A stretch of DNA of 55,592 nucleotides, the filler included, from Barthelona sp. PAP020 (lineage: Eukaryota), in the NCBI GenBank assembly GCA_040182905.1. It is 3 parts of 3 records of this genome, joined end to end, with 100 filler letters (N's around TTAATTAATTAA, not from the genome) between each part and the next. Parts side by side here need not be neighbours in the genome. Positions count along the whole stretch, not along the records: positions 1 to 18,702 come from JARQWU010000225.1; positions 18,803 to 37,281 come from JARQWU010000226.1; 1 more part is not named here. One strand, given 5' to 3'. Both the position numbers and the translations under genes were made by a program. The notes beneath the pieces were generated by a model, which was not told where the DNA came from, searched no databases, and saw only the letters and a list, made by a program, of their open reading frames with translations. Below are positions 9,729-19,874 of the stretch, in pieces; the stretch's first letter is position 1; every line of letters begins with the position of its first letter.

Positions 9729-10838
9729 ATGGATGCACATTCTATTTTTGAACGAAATTATTTATTGTTTGGTGCAGAATCCGTTGAAGCTTTGTCAAAA
9801 TCTTATGTGATTGTTATCGGTGCTGGAGGTGTTGGTTCAACAGCAATACTTGGGTTGGCTCGATCGGGTGTTGGAAAGTTAAAAATTCTCGATATGGATC
9901 ACATTACATTATCATCATTGAATAGACATCTTGTCGCTGGTATTAACGATGTTGGTGTTCCAAAAGGCGAAATTTTGAAACGTAATATTGCTTCTTTTGC
10001 TCCATATTGTCAAGTTGAAGTTATTACTGAATTTATCACCCCAGAAAATGTTCCTTTTGTATTTAATGATGGTAATCCTAATTTTGTTATTGATTGCATT
10101 GATAACGTAGACGCTAAAGTTGCTCTGCTAAGACATTGTTGGGAAAACAAAATTCCAGTATTGTCTTGTGCTGGTGCAGCGAACAGAATAGATCCAACTC
10201 AAATACAAATTACAGACATTTCACATACCTCAGTATGTTCATTAGCAAGAGTTACCAGAAAACGTCTGAGACAATTAGGTATTCAAAGAGGTATTCCTGT
10301 TGTTTGGTCAATGGAACCACCTTGCAAAGGATTAATTAGAGATTCAGGAGATGAAGGAGCTTTAGGTTCATGGGTTTGTGTTCCTGGTGCTTTTGGTTTA
10401 TCGGCTGCTTCATACGTCGTTCGATCATTATGTGGACGAAAGGAATTGCTTCCTTCTTTGAATCCTGCTCCAACAATGATTAATGCGGTTCATACTGCGT
10501 TTGTTCATGCATCAAATCAAAAAATTGGTGAATATTGTATGAGAAATTGTATCGAGCCAAATTTAGCTGATTTCAGGTTTAGTACTGAAGACGCAGCAAT
10601 ACTAATAGATGATTGCTTTTGTGGTGGCTCAGCCATAAGCCGAAAGCCAAGAAGATTGACGATTTGTCAATGGAATCCGGAAGAAGTATTCACATTTTCA
10701 AATTCAGTTGTTTTAACAATACCTGAGGCTAAATCTCATGAATCTTTAAAATCTTTTGATGCTGTATGTGCACATTATCATCCCAATATTATTGAATTTG
10801 TCCAATCTTGTCAACAAAGGATAGAGGAGTTTTATTGA
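9729..10838 (+). CDS. tRNA threonylcarbamoyladenosine dehydratase (TcdA/TCD, ThiF/E1-like family)
   Basis: GAGGVG, LARSGVGKL, D-D-ITLSSLNRH, VIDCIDN-DAK, DPTQIQITDIS, LAR-TRKRLR and GIPVVWSME. Eukaryote-type C-terminal extension. Confidence 0.9.
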   Translation: MDAHSIFERNYLLFGAESVEALSKSYVIVIGAGGVGSTAILGLARSGVGKLKILDMDHITLSSLNRHLVAGINDVGVPKGEILKRNIASFAPYCQVEVITEFITPENVPFVFNDGNPNFVIDCIDNVDAKVALLRHCWENKIPVLSCAGAANRIDPTQIQITDISHTSVCSLARVTRKRLRQLGIQRGIPVVWSMEPPCKGLIRDSGDEGALGSWVCVPGAFGLSAASYVVRSLCGRKELLPSLNPAPTMINAVHTAFVHASNQKIGEYCMRNCIEPNLADFRFSTEDAAILIDDCFCGGSAISRKPRRLTICQWNPEEVFTFSNSVVLTIPEAKSHESLKSFDAVCAHYHPNIIEFVQSCQQRIEEFY

Positions 10839-11064
10839 TTGTAAATTGATTAGTTGTTTGGAGCCTTTTACTTTTTTTTTTTTCAACAACAGAACTTTTA
10901 GATGGTTTTCCCAAAATTTCTTTCTTCTCTTCAAAAGAAGTGCTGAAAAATTGTGTTTGTGAAAAGTTATAAAAAAATAAAAAAAAAATAAAAAATTCAT
11001 TTTATTTTCAATTCAGAAACAAAAAAATGTACAATTGTAAACTACTGAAAAAATGTGCACAAGA

Positions 11065-12759
11065 CTATTGAAGAGTTTTTCTGGCCATAAAGTATCTTAA
11101 TCTGATATTATTTGAACCATTAATATTGGTTACATCATAGTCCAATTGTTTCAACATTCTGTAAGCAAAATATGAACGTTTACCAGAAGCGCAGTGAACC
11201 AAGATCTTTCTATCCTTGGGAATCTCATATAATTTCTTTCTGAGTTCATCAAGAGGAATATGGACTCTTTCAAAAGAGGGATGTGCCTTGAATGTTCCAA
11301 ATTCTTCAATTTCTTCAACATTTCTAAGATCAACCAACAAATAATTCTCAACATTTTCTTTGTCAAACATTGGGTCATTGATATAAACAAAATCATGAAG
11401 TCCTTCAATTTGATTCATTGCAGCAAATGAAACTTCATGAACTGGGTCTTTTGCACAACCAAATGGAGGAGAATAACAAAGATCCACTTCTGATAAATCA
11501 TAAACAGTACCATCGAAATGCATACAAGTTGCAATAACATCAATTCTCTTTTCAACTCCAGGAACCTCACCAACACATTGAGCACCAAGAATTTTACCAT
11601 CAGTTGGGTCATAACATAACTTGAGAACAATTGTACCAACATCCTTAGGATAATAACCGGCATGATTCTTACAACAACTGACAATAACCTTATGAGGAAT
11701 GTTCATACGAGTCAATTGACTTTCAGAAAGACCAGTGGAAGCAAAAGTAACATCAAAAACACGTACAACAGAAGAACCCATAACAACAGGCATCTTTTTT
11801 TCATTTCCCCTGATTACATTGTGCCCAATGATACGAGCAGATTTGTTGGCAGGACCAGCCAAAGGAATAGGAAATTGTTTAGCCCAAGGAGTAGGATAAA
11901 CAGAATTGTCACCTGCTGCGTAGATATTCTCATCACTTGTTTGTTGATATTCATTAACAAGAATATGACCCCCACGTCCAAGTAATTCAAGTCCAGCTTC
12001 TTTAGCCAACTTATTGTTTGGTTCAACACCGATAGCAACAATACAAAGATCACAAGGAAGTTTCTCTCCATGAGTTAAAGTAACTTCTACAACTTTATCA
12101 CCATCACGTTCAACAGAAGTAATGGTTTGACCATACCTAATATTGATTTTATTCATTTTTAAAGCCTTAGTGATTGGAAAAGTCATTTCCATATCGTTTA
12201 AGAACAAGGGCATTTCAGAATATGAAACAACGGTAACATTCATTCCAGCTCTTTTGTATTGTTCAGCAACTTCAAGTCCAATAAAACCAGATCCAACAAC
12301 AATAGCATTTCCTCCTCTTTTGATCAACGACTTTCCTTGATCTGCATCAGTAAGATTACGAAGTGTATAAACATTAGAAGCAGGATACAATCCTTCAACA
12401 GGTAACATACGAGGTCTAGAACCCGTAGAAATAACCAATTTGTCGTAAGTTTCTTCATATTTTCGATTGTTGATATGATCTAAAATGGTTAATTTCTTAT
12501 TAACTCTATCAATCTCAACACCTTCATGACGAACACGAAGATCAATTCCAAAACGATCAGGAAAAACATTTGGTTTGGTGACTAAAATATCATCTCTATC
12601 TTCAATTTCGCCACCAATATAATAAGGAAGTCCACAATTGGCAAAGGAAGGATGTTGATCCTTTTCCAAAAGAATAATTTCGGCATGTTCATCCAATCTT
12701 CTGGCACGACAAGCAACACCACAACCTACAGCACAAGCTCCAATGACAATAAGTTTCAT
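11065..12759 (-). CDS. CoA-disulfide/persulfide reductase with C-terminal rhodanese domain (CoADR-RHD/Npsr type)
   Basis: RARRLDE, SFANCGLPYY (redox Cys), GSGFIGLE, IYAAGD, PLAGPAN, KRIDVIAT, YSPPF-AKDPV, and rhodanese HCASGKRS. Confidence 0.92.
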   Translation of the reverse strand: MKLIVIGACAVGCGVACRARRLDEHAEIILLEKDQHPSFANCGLPYYIGGEIEDRDDILVTKPNVFPDRFGIDLRVRHEGVEIDRVNKKLTILDHINNRKYEETYDKLVISTGSRPRMLPVEGLYPASNVYTLRNLTDADQGKSLIKRGGNAIVVGSGFIGLEVAEQYKRAGMNVTVVSYSEMPLFLNDMEMTFPITKALKMNKINIRYGQTITSVERDGDKVVEVTLTHGEKLPCDLCIVAIGVEPNNKLAKEAGLELLGRGGHILVNEYQQTSDENIYAAGDNSVYPTPWAKQFPIPLAGPANKSARIIGHNVIRGNEKKMPVVMGSSVVRVFDVTFASTGLSESQLTRMNIPHKVIVSCCKNHAGYYPKDVGTIVLKLCYDPTDGKILGAQCVGEVPGVEKRIDVIATCMHFDGTVYDLSEVDLCYSPPFGCAKDPVHEVSFAAMNQIEGLHDFVYINDPMFDKENVENYLLVDLRNVEEIEEFGTFKAHPSFERVHIPLDELRKKLYEIPKDRKILVHCASGKRSYFAYRMLKQLDYDVTNINGSNNIRLRYFMARKTLQ

Positions 12760-13034
12760 TTCAAATTAAAAAAAAAAAAATTGAACTGATCTGTTTAAAG
12801 GAAAGAAAAGGTGAAACTTGATTGTTGATTCGAACAATCTCTTCTTTCTTTCTTTTTCCATTTTTCCAATTATTCTCTTCATTTTGAAACAATCATAATA
12901 TCTTTTGTCAAAAACAATTGTAATCGGTAGAAATTAGTTTTTTTTTATCAGACAAGTTTTTTTTTTAAAAAAAAAGGCAAGAAAACAATCAAATTTCCCC
13001 AATTACAAATTTTAAAAAAAAAGAAATCCAACAT

Positions 13035-13493
13035 TTATTCTTGAACCTTTAATAAAGCTTCAATAAGTTCCCAATTGGTCTGTTGCAATGCTTTGATAGC
13101 ATCAGCTCTACTGACATCAGGACATTGAGCCAAAATAGTTTCAATATCTTGTTCTTGAGCATCAGTGAAATCCAAGTTTTCAACATTCTCTTCTTCAACC
13201 TCAGGTTTTTCATCTTTTTCTTCAGTGACTTGTTCGCTATACTTTTGAGCAGCATTAGTAGCTTGTTGTTGACTCAAAGATTGATAGTTGGGGGTACCCA
13301 AAACAATATAGTGGTTTGAAACTGGGTTTCTGTAAACCTCAGCATCACTAACAATAACCATCATATCTTGTTTCATGCGAATAAAGACTCTGTTATAATC
13401 AGGACAATATTCAGTGTACTTGGCAAAAATACGTTGAGCCTTCTTGGCATTTTTAGAAAGAATTTTGACTCTGGGTGCGGGGATGTCAGACAT
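13035..13493 (-). CDS. NACA: Nascent polypeptide-associated complex alpha subunit
   Basis: SKNAKKAQR, NRVFIR, EVYR and YIVLG form the NAC domain, followed by a C-terminal UBA (DIETIL-Q--VSRADAIKAL). ATG at 13493. Confidence 0.85.
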   Translation of the reverse strand: MSDIPAPRVKILSKNAKKAQRIFAKYTEYCPDYNRVFIRMKQDMMVIVSDAEVYRNPVSNHYIVLGTPNYQSLSQQQATNAAQKYSEQVTEEKDEKPEVEEENVENLDFTDAQEQDIETILAQCPDVSRADAIKALQQTNWELIEALLKVQE

Positions 13494-13584
13494 TATTAAA
13501 AAAAAAAATGGAGGAAAAAAAGTTTTCCAATTTTTTTTCATTTGTTGATTTTTTTAAAACAGGTTTATATGACGCATATATACT

Positions 13585-13902
13585 ATGGATTCGTTTATTA
13601 AGAAAGCAGACAAAACAATACCTGAAATACTTCCTGAAAATTCCAATTTTCCAATGGATTTTATGAGGTACCATGATTTACCTCCAATTGAGATAAATAA
13701 AGACAATACAAGAGTATATGTCACCTCAAAAGGAAAATCTTTCAATTCTTCTCGAACAAAGAAGGTTTCTTTTTCAAATGAAAGATTGACTGAAATGTTT
13801 CGATGTGAAGTTGACAGTAATTATCAAGAGAGTGTCAAACAAAATATTTATGTGACACCATTGCCAAACACAATCGATAATTTCAGCATCAACAATTGTT
13901 AA
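13585..13902 (+). CDS. Small hypothetical protein (KKVSF, a possible PP1-docking RVxF motif)
   Basis: 105 aa ATG-started ORF filling the space between NACA and the GARP gene. Confidence 0.5.
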   Translation: MDSFIKKADKTIPEILPENSNFPMDFMRYHDLPPIEINKDNTRVYVTSKGKSFNSSRTKKVSFSNERLTEMFRCEVDSNYQESVKQNIYVTPLPNTIDNFSINNC

Positions 13903-14141
13903 GCTTTTTCTTTTTGCCTCCAATAATTCTGTCTTGCCTTTGTAAATACAAATGTTTTTATTTTTTGAAATGAATAGTTCCAAACTATTTATGAAAAAAA
14001 TAGTGCCTTTTTTGAATGTTTTTTTTTAGACTTTCGTCTTCATTTATGCACCATAAATAAAATGAAAAAAAAAAATTGTTTTTCAAATCCTCAATCTATC
14101 AAAAAAGAAAAATCTGAAAATTCTTTTTTTTTGAATGTATC

Positions 14142-15176
14142 ATGATAGAGGGGAACACTGAGAATTCAAGATTGGATTTAAATAATAGTTCAGCACTTGA
14201 AACATCTTCGAATACTGTTTCTTCCATGGGTGTACCTCTATATAATATTTACCAATATCCATCAAATATAATTCCTTTGCATTCACAAATGTCACCACTA
14301 AATTTATATCCTGCAAATTCTGTAAATATGATGTGTTCTTTGGAAAATGTTTTGAAAAACAATAACAATGCCATGTCCAAAAAGCGGCTAAATTGGACAC
14401 CTGAATTACATGCCAAATTTGTAGCTGCAGTAAAAGAGTTAGGGATTAAATCAGCAGTGCCTAGAACTATTTTAAAGCATATGGGAGAAACTGGAAATTT
14501 ATCAAGAGAAAATATTGCTTCTCATTTACAAAAATATAGATTACTTGCAAGAAAACAAAGAGGTATCAAAAATGAAGTATCTTTAGATGACACTGATTTG
14601 CCGTTGAAAGATTCTTTACTAGACAAATTTCATGTGGAACAAGCTGCTTTACAAATCGCAAATGAAAAAACTAAGGATGATAAAAATGTTAAAAATGTGG
14701 AAGATGATTTAGAAAAGGACTGTCCAAACAAATTTTCGGCCAAAATTGAAGAAAAAAGTAAAATTGATGATAAAGTTTACACTAAAGAACCTGATCGTGC
14801 GAGTGGTACAGTTGGAGTTCCTGTTACAATGACTGGTATACCTTCTGGGGATGCCCAAATGATGATATATTCGTCTCCTATGATGTATCCTCCCTCTTAT
14901 TCACCTTCATCTACATCACATACCCAATTTCCTCCTCTTTTTATGCAATCTCTTTCTCCATATCATTCTGTTAGTCCAATGAATGCTTCACCCCTTTCCC
15001 AACATGGATATTTAATGATGATGTATCCAAATTATCCAATTCAAAATCAAACCCCACACACATATTATTCAAATGAAGTTTCTCCCATCAACGATAATAA
15101 TTCCGAAAATTCTCAAATTACCAATGATGCCAACACCCCTATTTCCACTTCTTTTGATAATAATTTTTTATATTAA
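14142..15176 (+). CDS. GARP/G2-like Myb (SHAQKYF class) transcription factor
   Basis: KRLNWTPELHAKFVAAVKELGIKSAVPRTIL...LSRENIASHLQKYR, with a P/S/Y-rich tail. Confidence 0.9.
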   Translation: MIEGNTENSRLDLNNSSALETSSNTVSSMGVPLYNIYQYPSNIIPLHSQMSPLNLYPANSVNMMCSLENVLKNNNNAMSKKRLNWTPELHAKFVAAVKELGIKSAVPRTILKHMGETGNLSRENIASHLQKYRLLARKQRGIKNEVSLDDTDLPLKDSLLDKFHVEQAALQIANEKTKDDKNVKNVEDDLEKDCPNKFSAKIEEKSKIDDKVYTKEPDRASGTVGVPVTMTGIPSGDAQMMIYSSPMMYPPSYSPSSTSHTQFPPLFMQSLSPYHSVSPMNASPLSQHGYLMMMYPNYPIQNQTPHTYYSNEVSPINDNNSENSQITNDANTPISTSFDNNFLY

Positions 15177-15259
15177 TCTAATTTGTTTATAAACTTGTAA
15201 ATTCTTGATGTTTTTTACTTTTTGTTTAAATTTTTTTTTTTAAATTTCAGTGTGTAATT

Positions 15260-15946
15260 ATGTCAAGATTTTATTGTATACAAAAAGAATATTCAGATAT
15301 TATACCAAAATATTACTCAGCCATACAAGAAGCAATAGTTTCTCAAAGAGAGTTAGAAAATGCAGCATCAATGATGCAAAGAGTATGGAGAAGACATAAA
15401 ACTATATGTTTTTTTGATGAATGGGCTAAATACATTTCAGAATACATCAGTACCCGAAAAAAAAGACAAAATATTGTAGATTTGTTAAAAAAACACATTG
15501 AATTGAGAGACAATGAGTTTAAAAAGAAAGAAGGGGAATATGCAATTCAAATTCAAAGACATTGGAATGGATTCTTTGTCAGAAAATATATATATGATTA
15601 TTATGAAAGAAAAAGGTATTTAGATTCATTAAAAATAATAAATGCAGAAATGGAAACAAAATTAGAGCAATATAATAATCAACAAAAAGATAAATTTGAA
15701 GAAGAGCAACAAAGAAATATGGAAACGAAAGTAGCTGAGTTAGCATCTAATCTTCATCATCTTACTTCAACAAAAAATATTTCAGGTGTATATAATCCTC
15801 CTGGTCGTGAACCACCAGTTTTGCCCCATGCGGGCACTTTTATTCCAGCTGAGCATGTAATTTCCATGTGCACATCGAAAAAAATGAGCACAGAAAGAAT
15901 TAAACGTAGAAAGTATAGACCTCCACAGCCCAAACAACAGCAATAA
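15260..15946 (+). CDS. SPATA17-like IQ-motif protein
   Basis: Two IQ motifs (MQRVWRRH, IQRHWNGFFVRK), YDYYERKRYL and LHHLTSTKNISGVYNPP. Confidence 0.75.
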   Translation: MSRFYCIQKEYSDIIPKYYSAIQEAIVSQRELENAASMMQRVWRRHKTICFFDEWAKYISEYISTRKKRQNIVDLLKKHIELRDNEFKKKEGEYAIQIQRHWNGFFVRKYIYDYYERKRYLDSLKIINAEMETKLEQYNNQQKDKFEEEQQRNMETKVAELASNLHHLTSTKNISGVYNPPGREPPVLPHAGTFIPAEHVISMCTSKKMSTERIKRRKYRPPQPKQQQ

Positions 15947-16100
15947 AAATTTTTTCATTTTTTATTCGTTTTTATTTTTTTTAAAAAAAACTTTAAAAAT
16001 TATCAAATTGCATGTGACCATTGGATTTTGTGAGGGTTGTTCTAAAAATACCAGAAAAAAAAATCTTTTTTTTTTTTTCGCCACACTTTACCCTTTTCAA

Positions 16101-18278
16101 ATGGAACAAACATATGATTTTGAAACCGAGCCAACCGCTCAATATATTGACAACGAAGCCAAAATTGATCAATTTGGAAGAACCAGATTACACAGGTTGG
16201 CCTTTGTTGAAGACATTGACCAAGTTAAATTTTGTTTTGAAAAAGGTCTTGATGTTAATGCTGTTGATTCAGAAGGTTTTTCACCTTTACATTTAATTTG
16301 CAGCAAAGGATCTTTAGAAATTTCAAAAATTTTATTAGATAATGATGCAAATATTGATATCAAAACAAAAAATGGATGTACTCCTTTGAGAATTGCTGTG
16401 GAATTTAATCATATTGATTTGGTGCGTTTTTTGTTGGAAAATAACGCTTCCATTGATGAAACTGATAATGATGGTATCACTGCATTATTTTATGCATGTA
16501 TGAAAGGAAATTCTGAGATGGTTGATTTACTTTTAGAATTTAATCCCAATTGTGAAATTTATGACAAGCATGATATTACTCCTTTACTTATTGCCACGCA
16601 AAATTGTCATGTTGAAGTTGTTAAAAAACTTTTGAAATACGGTGCCAATATTCATGCCCAAAAAATTGATGGTGCCACTGGTGTGTTCATTGCCGCCCAA
16701 AAAAATAATGCTGAATTAATTAAGACTTTTATTAATGGTGGAGTTAGTGTCAATATTTCGAAGGATGGAAACTATTCTCCTTTATATATTGCTTGTTTTT
16801 TGCAGAATAATGAAGCTGTGAAAGCTTTATTAGAACATGATTGTGATCTTGAAATTTCTTGTGATTCAAATCGTAGCACACCTTTACATGTAGCTGTTGA
16901 AAAGAATGCTGTAGAAATTGTAGAATTACTGATTGAAAAGGGAGCTAACATTGAAGCAAAAAGAAAGGGTGGATATCGTGCAATTCACGTTGCTGCTGGA
17001 AATGATTCTTTTGAATGCTTGAGTTTGTTGTTAGATCGTGGTTGTGAAAGGAATCCTCGTGCTTCTGGTGGTATTTATCCTGTTGATTTAGCAAAAGACA
17101 AGGGATATAATCGTATTATTGAATTGTTGGAGAAAAATGAGACTGAAATCAAAGAAACCGAAGTTGAAGAACCCACTTTTGAAGAAACCCCAAAAAAATC
17201 TGAAATTTCTTCTCTTGAACCTGTAACTGAAACAAAGGAAGAACATATGCGTGAAGAAGAAGTTGAAGTTCCAAATTTAGGTTCTAAAATTATTGAAAAT
17301 GAAGCAAAAGAAGAATTAGTTGTGGCAAAAGAATTTGATGGAAAAGCATCCTTTTTAAAATGTTGTAAGAGAGGCATATTGGATGGTGTTGTACATTATA
17401 TGAATAACAAAGGCTCCAATACTGTTGATCCCAACGAAAAACAAATGGATAATGATGGAAAAGAATATTTCCCATTAATAGCTGCTGTGCGTAAAAACCA
17501 ATTTGAAGTTGTAAAATACTTATTGGATCATGACATTGATCCTTGTGTTTATGATGATAAGAAAAGAGTAGCTCTTTATTACGCAGTTAAAGGTGGATCA
17601 TTTGATATGGTGAAATTGATTGCTGATAAGATGTTTAAGAAATACAACACTGTTGATATGAAGGATATCTATGGAAAAACTCCTCTCTATGTTGCTGTTG
17701 AAACAAATTCATATGAAATTGCTGAATACCTTATTATGAAGAGGGCTAATGTGAATTGTATTGATAAAGAACGTACACCCATCCTCTTTAACGCTGCAAA
17801 GAAGGGATATTTCCGTCTTGTTCGTTTATTGGTTGAAAACAATGCAAAAACAATGTTAGCCAATAAGAATGGGTCAATACCATTATTAATTGCTTCTGCT
17901 GGCGGTTTTGTTGAGATTGTTCAATATTTAATCACCAGATGTGATATGAATAAACAAAATAAACAAAAAGGTACTGCTTTATATGTTGCTTGCATGTATG
18001 GTAAATTGGATGTTGTTCGTGAATTGATCAACAATGCAGCCAAAATTGATATTCCTGCTGAGAATGGTTGCACACCTTTGCACGCTGCTTGTAATAAAGG
18101 ACATGTCGAAATTGTTAGAATTCTTCTGGCAAATAATGCAGATAAATGTGTGAAAAATGCAGATGAGGAAACACCTTTTGATATTGTCAAGAAAAAATTG
18201 GATGAATTTAGTGATAACAATGTATTCGATGAAAATTTAGTTCAAAAGTATCATCAAATTGAAGATATGCTTAAATAA
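16101..18278 (+). CDS. Ankyrin repeat protein (two repeat blocks with an acidic linker)
   Basis: Many G-TPLH/TAL ankyrin repeats. First ATG in frame is at 16101. Confidence 0.92.
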   Translation: MEQTYDFETEPTAQYIDNEAKIDQFGRTRLHRLAFVEDIDQVKFCFEKGLDVNAVDSEGFSPLHLICSKGSLEISKILLDNDANIDIKTKNGCTPLRIAVEFNHIDLVRFLLENNASIDETDNDGITALFYACMKGNSEMVDLLLEFNPNCEIYDKHDITPLLIATQNCHVEVVKKLLKYGANIHAQKIDGATGVFIAAQKNNAELIKTFINGGVSVNISKDGNYSPLYIACFLQNNEAVKALLEHDCDLEISCDSNRSTPLHVAVEKNAVEIVELLIEKGANIEAKRKGGYRAIHVAAGNDSFECLSLLLDRGCERNPRASGGIYPVDLAKDKGYNRIIELLEKNETEIKETEVEEPTFEETPKKSEISSLEPVTETKEEHMREEEVEVPNLGSKIIENEAKEELVVAKEFDGKASFLKCCKRGILDGVVHYMNNKGSNTVDPNEKQMDNDGKEYFPLIAAVRKNQFEVVKYLLDHDIDPCVYDDKKRVALYYAVKGGSFDMVKLIADKMFKKYNTVDMKDIYGKTPLYVAVETNSYEIAEYLIMKRANVNCIDKERTPILFNAAKKGYFRLVRLLVENNAKTMLANKNGSIPLLIASAGGFVEIVQYLITRCDMNKQNKQKGTALYVACMYGKLDVVRELINNAAKIDIPAENGCTPLHAACNKGHVEIVRILLANNADKCVKNADEETPFDIVKKKLDEFSDNNVFDENLVQKYHQIEDMLK

Positions 18279-18461
18279 TTCTTTGTTGTTTCTTTTTTTA
18301 AAAAATGTCGTTTTTTTCATATCATTAAATCACATTTTTGTCACTTGTTAAAATTTTAAAGTGTATTTAAACAAAACTTTTGAAATGTTGTAAATTTTAA
18401 ACGTTTTTTTTTTTTTAGTTTCTCAATTGATAATTGAACAACAAATTGATAAATATATCCA

Positions 18462-18702
18462 TTGTTTGCAAGTCAAGAAGCACTGTGGGTATAAGTAAAA
18501 AAAAGAGAATAACGTTTTATTAGATATTTATGAGGTATGAGTTGTTCAGTGAACAACTAAACGAGTTAGCTTAAGGTTTGGGGAAAACTCACGTGGATTC
18601 AGATGCCAAAGTAACTTAAAAAATTGGACCTAAAGGTGGTCAAGAAACAACAAATAAAGGAAGTGATATTTGATGACCTCTTTATATCTCCAATTATTTC
18701 CA
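18462..18702. repeat. Inverted-repeat family copy at contig end
   Basis: Degenerate terminal module (TTGTTTGCAAGTCAAGAAGCACTGTG), then ~18518-18694 nearly identical to ~37968-38146, then a new TTATTTCCA terminus running into the gap. Confidence 0.85.
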
Positions 18703-18802
18703 NNNNNNNNNNNNNNNNNNNNNNNNNNNNNNNNNNNNNNNNNNNNTTAATTAATTAANNNNNNNNNNNNNNNNNNNNNNNNNNNNNNNNNNNNNNNNNN
18801 NN
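18703..18802. other. Artificial scaffold linker (N44-TTAATTAATTAA-N44)
   Basis: Symmetric N runs around a six-frame stop 12-mer. An identical construct is at 37282-37381. Confidence 0.97.
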
Positions 18803-19154
18803 TGTCAATATTTGCTTTACCAGTAGAAATAGCATCCTCAACAAATTTGTGTTCAATTTGAAGGAAATCATGAACTCGCTCGAGCTTTAATTTCTTAAGA
18901 TAACATTGATGAGAAGGAGTTAGATCTGGCAATTTAGCAACATTTGTTGCCAATTTTCTCTTTTTTCTCGCCATCAATCTTCGTTTCTTGTCTTCTTGTT
19001 CTTGTTCTTTCACTTTGCTACTCTCTAATTCCTCTGATTTTTCAGATTGGTTGGGATTAAAAATCTCATTTTCATCTGGATTGATATTTTCTTCTTGAGC
19101 TTGTAACTCTTCAGGGTTCAATTCATTTGAAGAATTTGAAGAATTGTTTGACAT
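18803..19154 (-). CDS. PSMC1: 26S proteasome AAA-ATPase Rpt2/PSMC1, N-terminal part truncated by the gap
   Basis: RKKRK...AKLPDLTPSHQCYLKKLKLERVHDFLQIEHKFV matches Rpt2 [30 protein letters not shown]. Confidence 0.8.
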
Positions 19155-19214
19155 TGTTCAATGTGTAAAAAAAAAGAGGAGATTTTTTCATTTTTCATTT
19201 TTTCTTTTATCCAG

Positions 19215-19874
19215 ATGAACTTCCCTTTGAATTGGGATAAATTAAACGATAGTGAACTGTATGATTCAATTCAACAATCATTATCAATTATCAAAGAAGC
19301 TTTTGATAAGTTTTCATCCAATCACATTTGTTTGTCATTTAATGGAGGTAAAGATTGCACCTTAGTTTTATATCTATTAATACATTATTGTTCTGTCAAT
19401 CATATTCCCTTGGAGAGTTTGCATATTATATATTTTGTCACTTCGTCTTCTGTTTTGCCTTCAATTACTTCTTTCATTACTGAGACAAAAAAAAAATTCA
19501 ATATTAACATTTATGAGTATCATGGTCCTTTTAAAAATTCATTACAAAGATCCATTGATGATTTTCAGTTGAAGGGTTGCTTTACTGGTATAAGATCCAC
19601 AGATCCAAATGGTAACATTGATATTTTTCAAGAACCCAGTGCTAATTTTCCCAAAATTATTCGTGTTAGTCCTATTTTGCATTGGACCTACAATCAGCTT
19701 TGGAAATTTTTATTATTTTTTGATTTACCGTATTGTAATATATACAATGAAGGTGTAACATCATTAGCACTTGATATTGCAATTCCAAATCCCCATTTGA
19801 AAGATTGCTCCAGTAATAAGTTTCATCCTGCTTTTAAATTGATTGATCAATCATTGGAACGAATTGCAAGGTAA
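19215..19874 (+). CDS. FAD synthetase (FMN adenylyltransferase, PAPS-reductase fold)
   Basis: LSFNGGKDC, GIRSTDP, RVSPILHWTY-QLW-FL, YCNIYNEG-TSL and the terminal ER-AR. ATG 19215 is preferred. Confidence 0.88.
   Translation: MNFPLNWDKLNDSELYDSIQQSLSIIKEAFDKFSSNHICLSFNGGKDCTLVLYLLIHYCSVNHIPLESLHIIYFVTSSSVLPSITSFITETKKKFNINIYEYHGPFKNSLQRSIDDFQLKGCFTGIRSTDPNGNIDIFQEPSANFPKIIRVSPILHWTYNQLWKFLLFFDLPYCNIYNEGVTSLALDIAIPNPHLKDCSSNKFHPAFKLIDQSLERIAR

Noticed and set aside
18747..18758. TTAATTAATTAA palindrome inside N runs (also 37326-37337)
   Set aside because: Artificial six-frame-stop contig linker. It also creates the false C-terminus of the 18747-19154 ORF.
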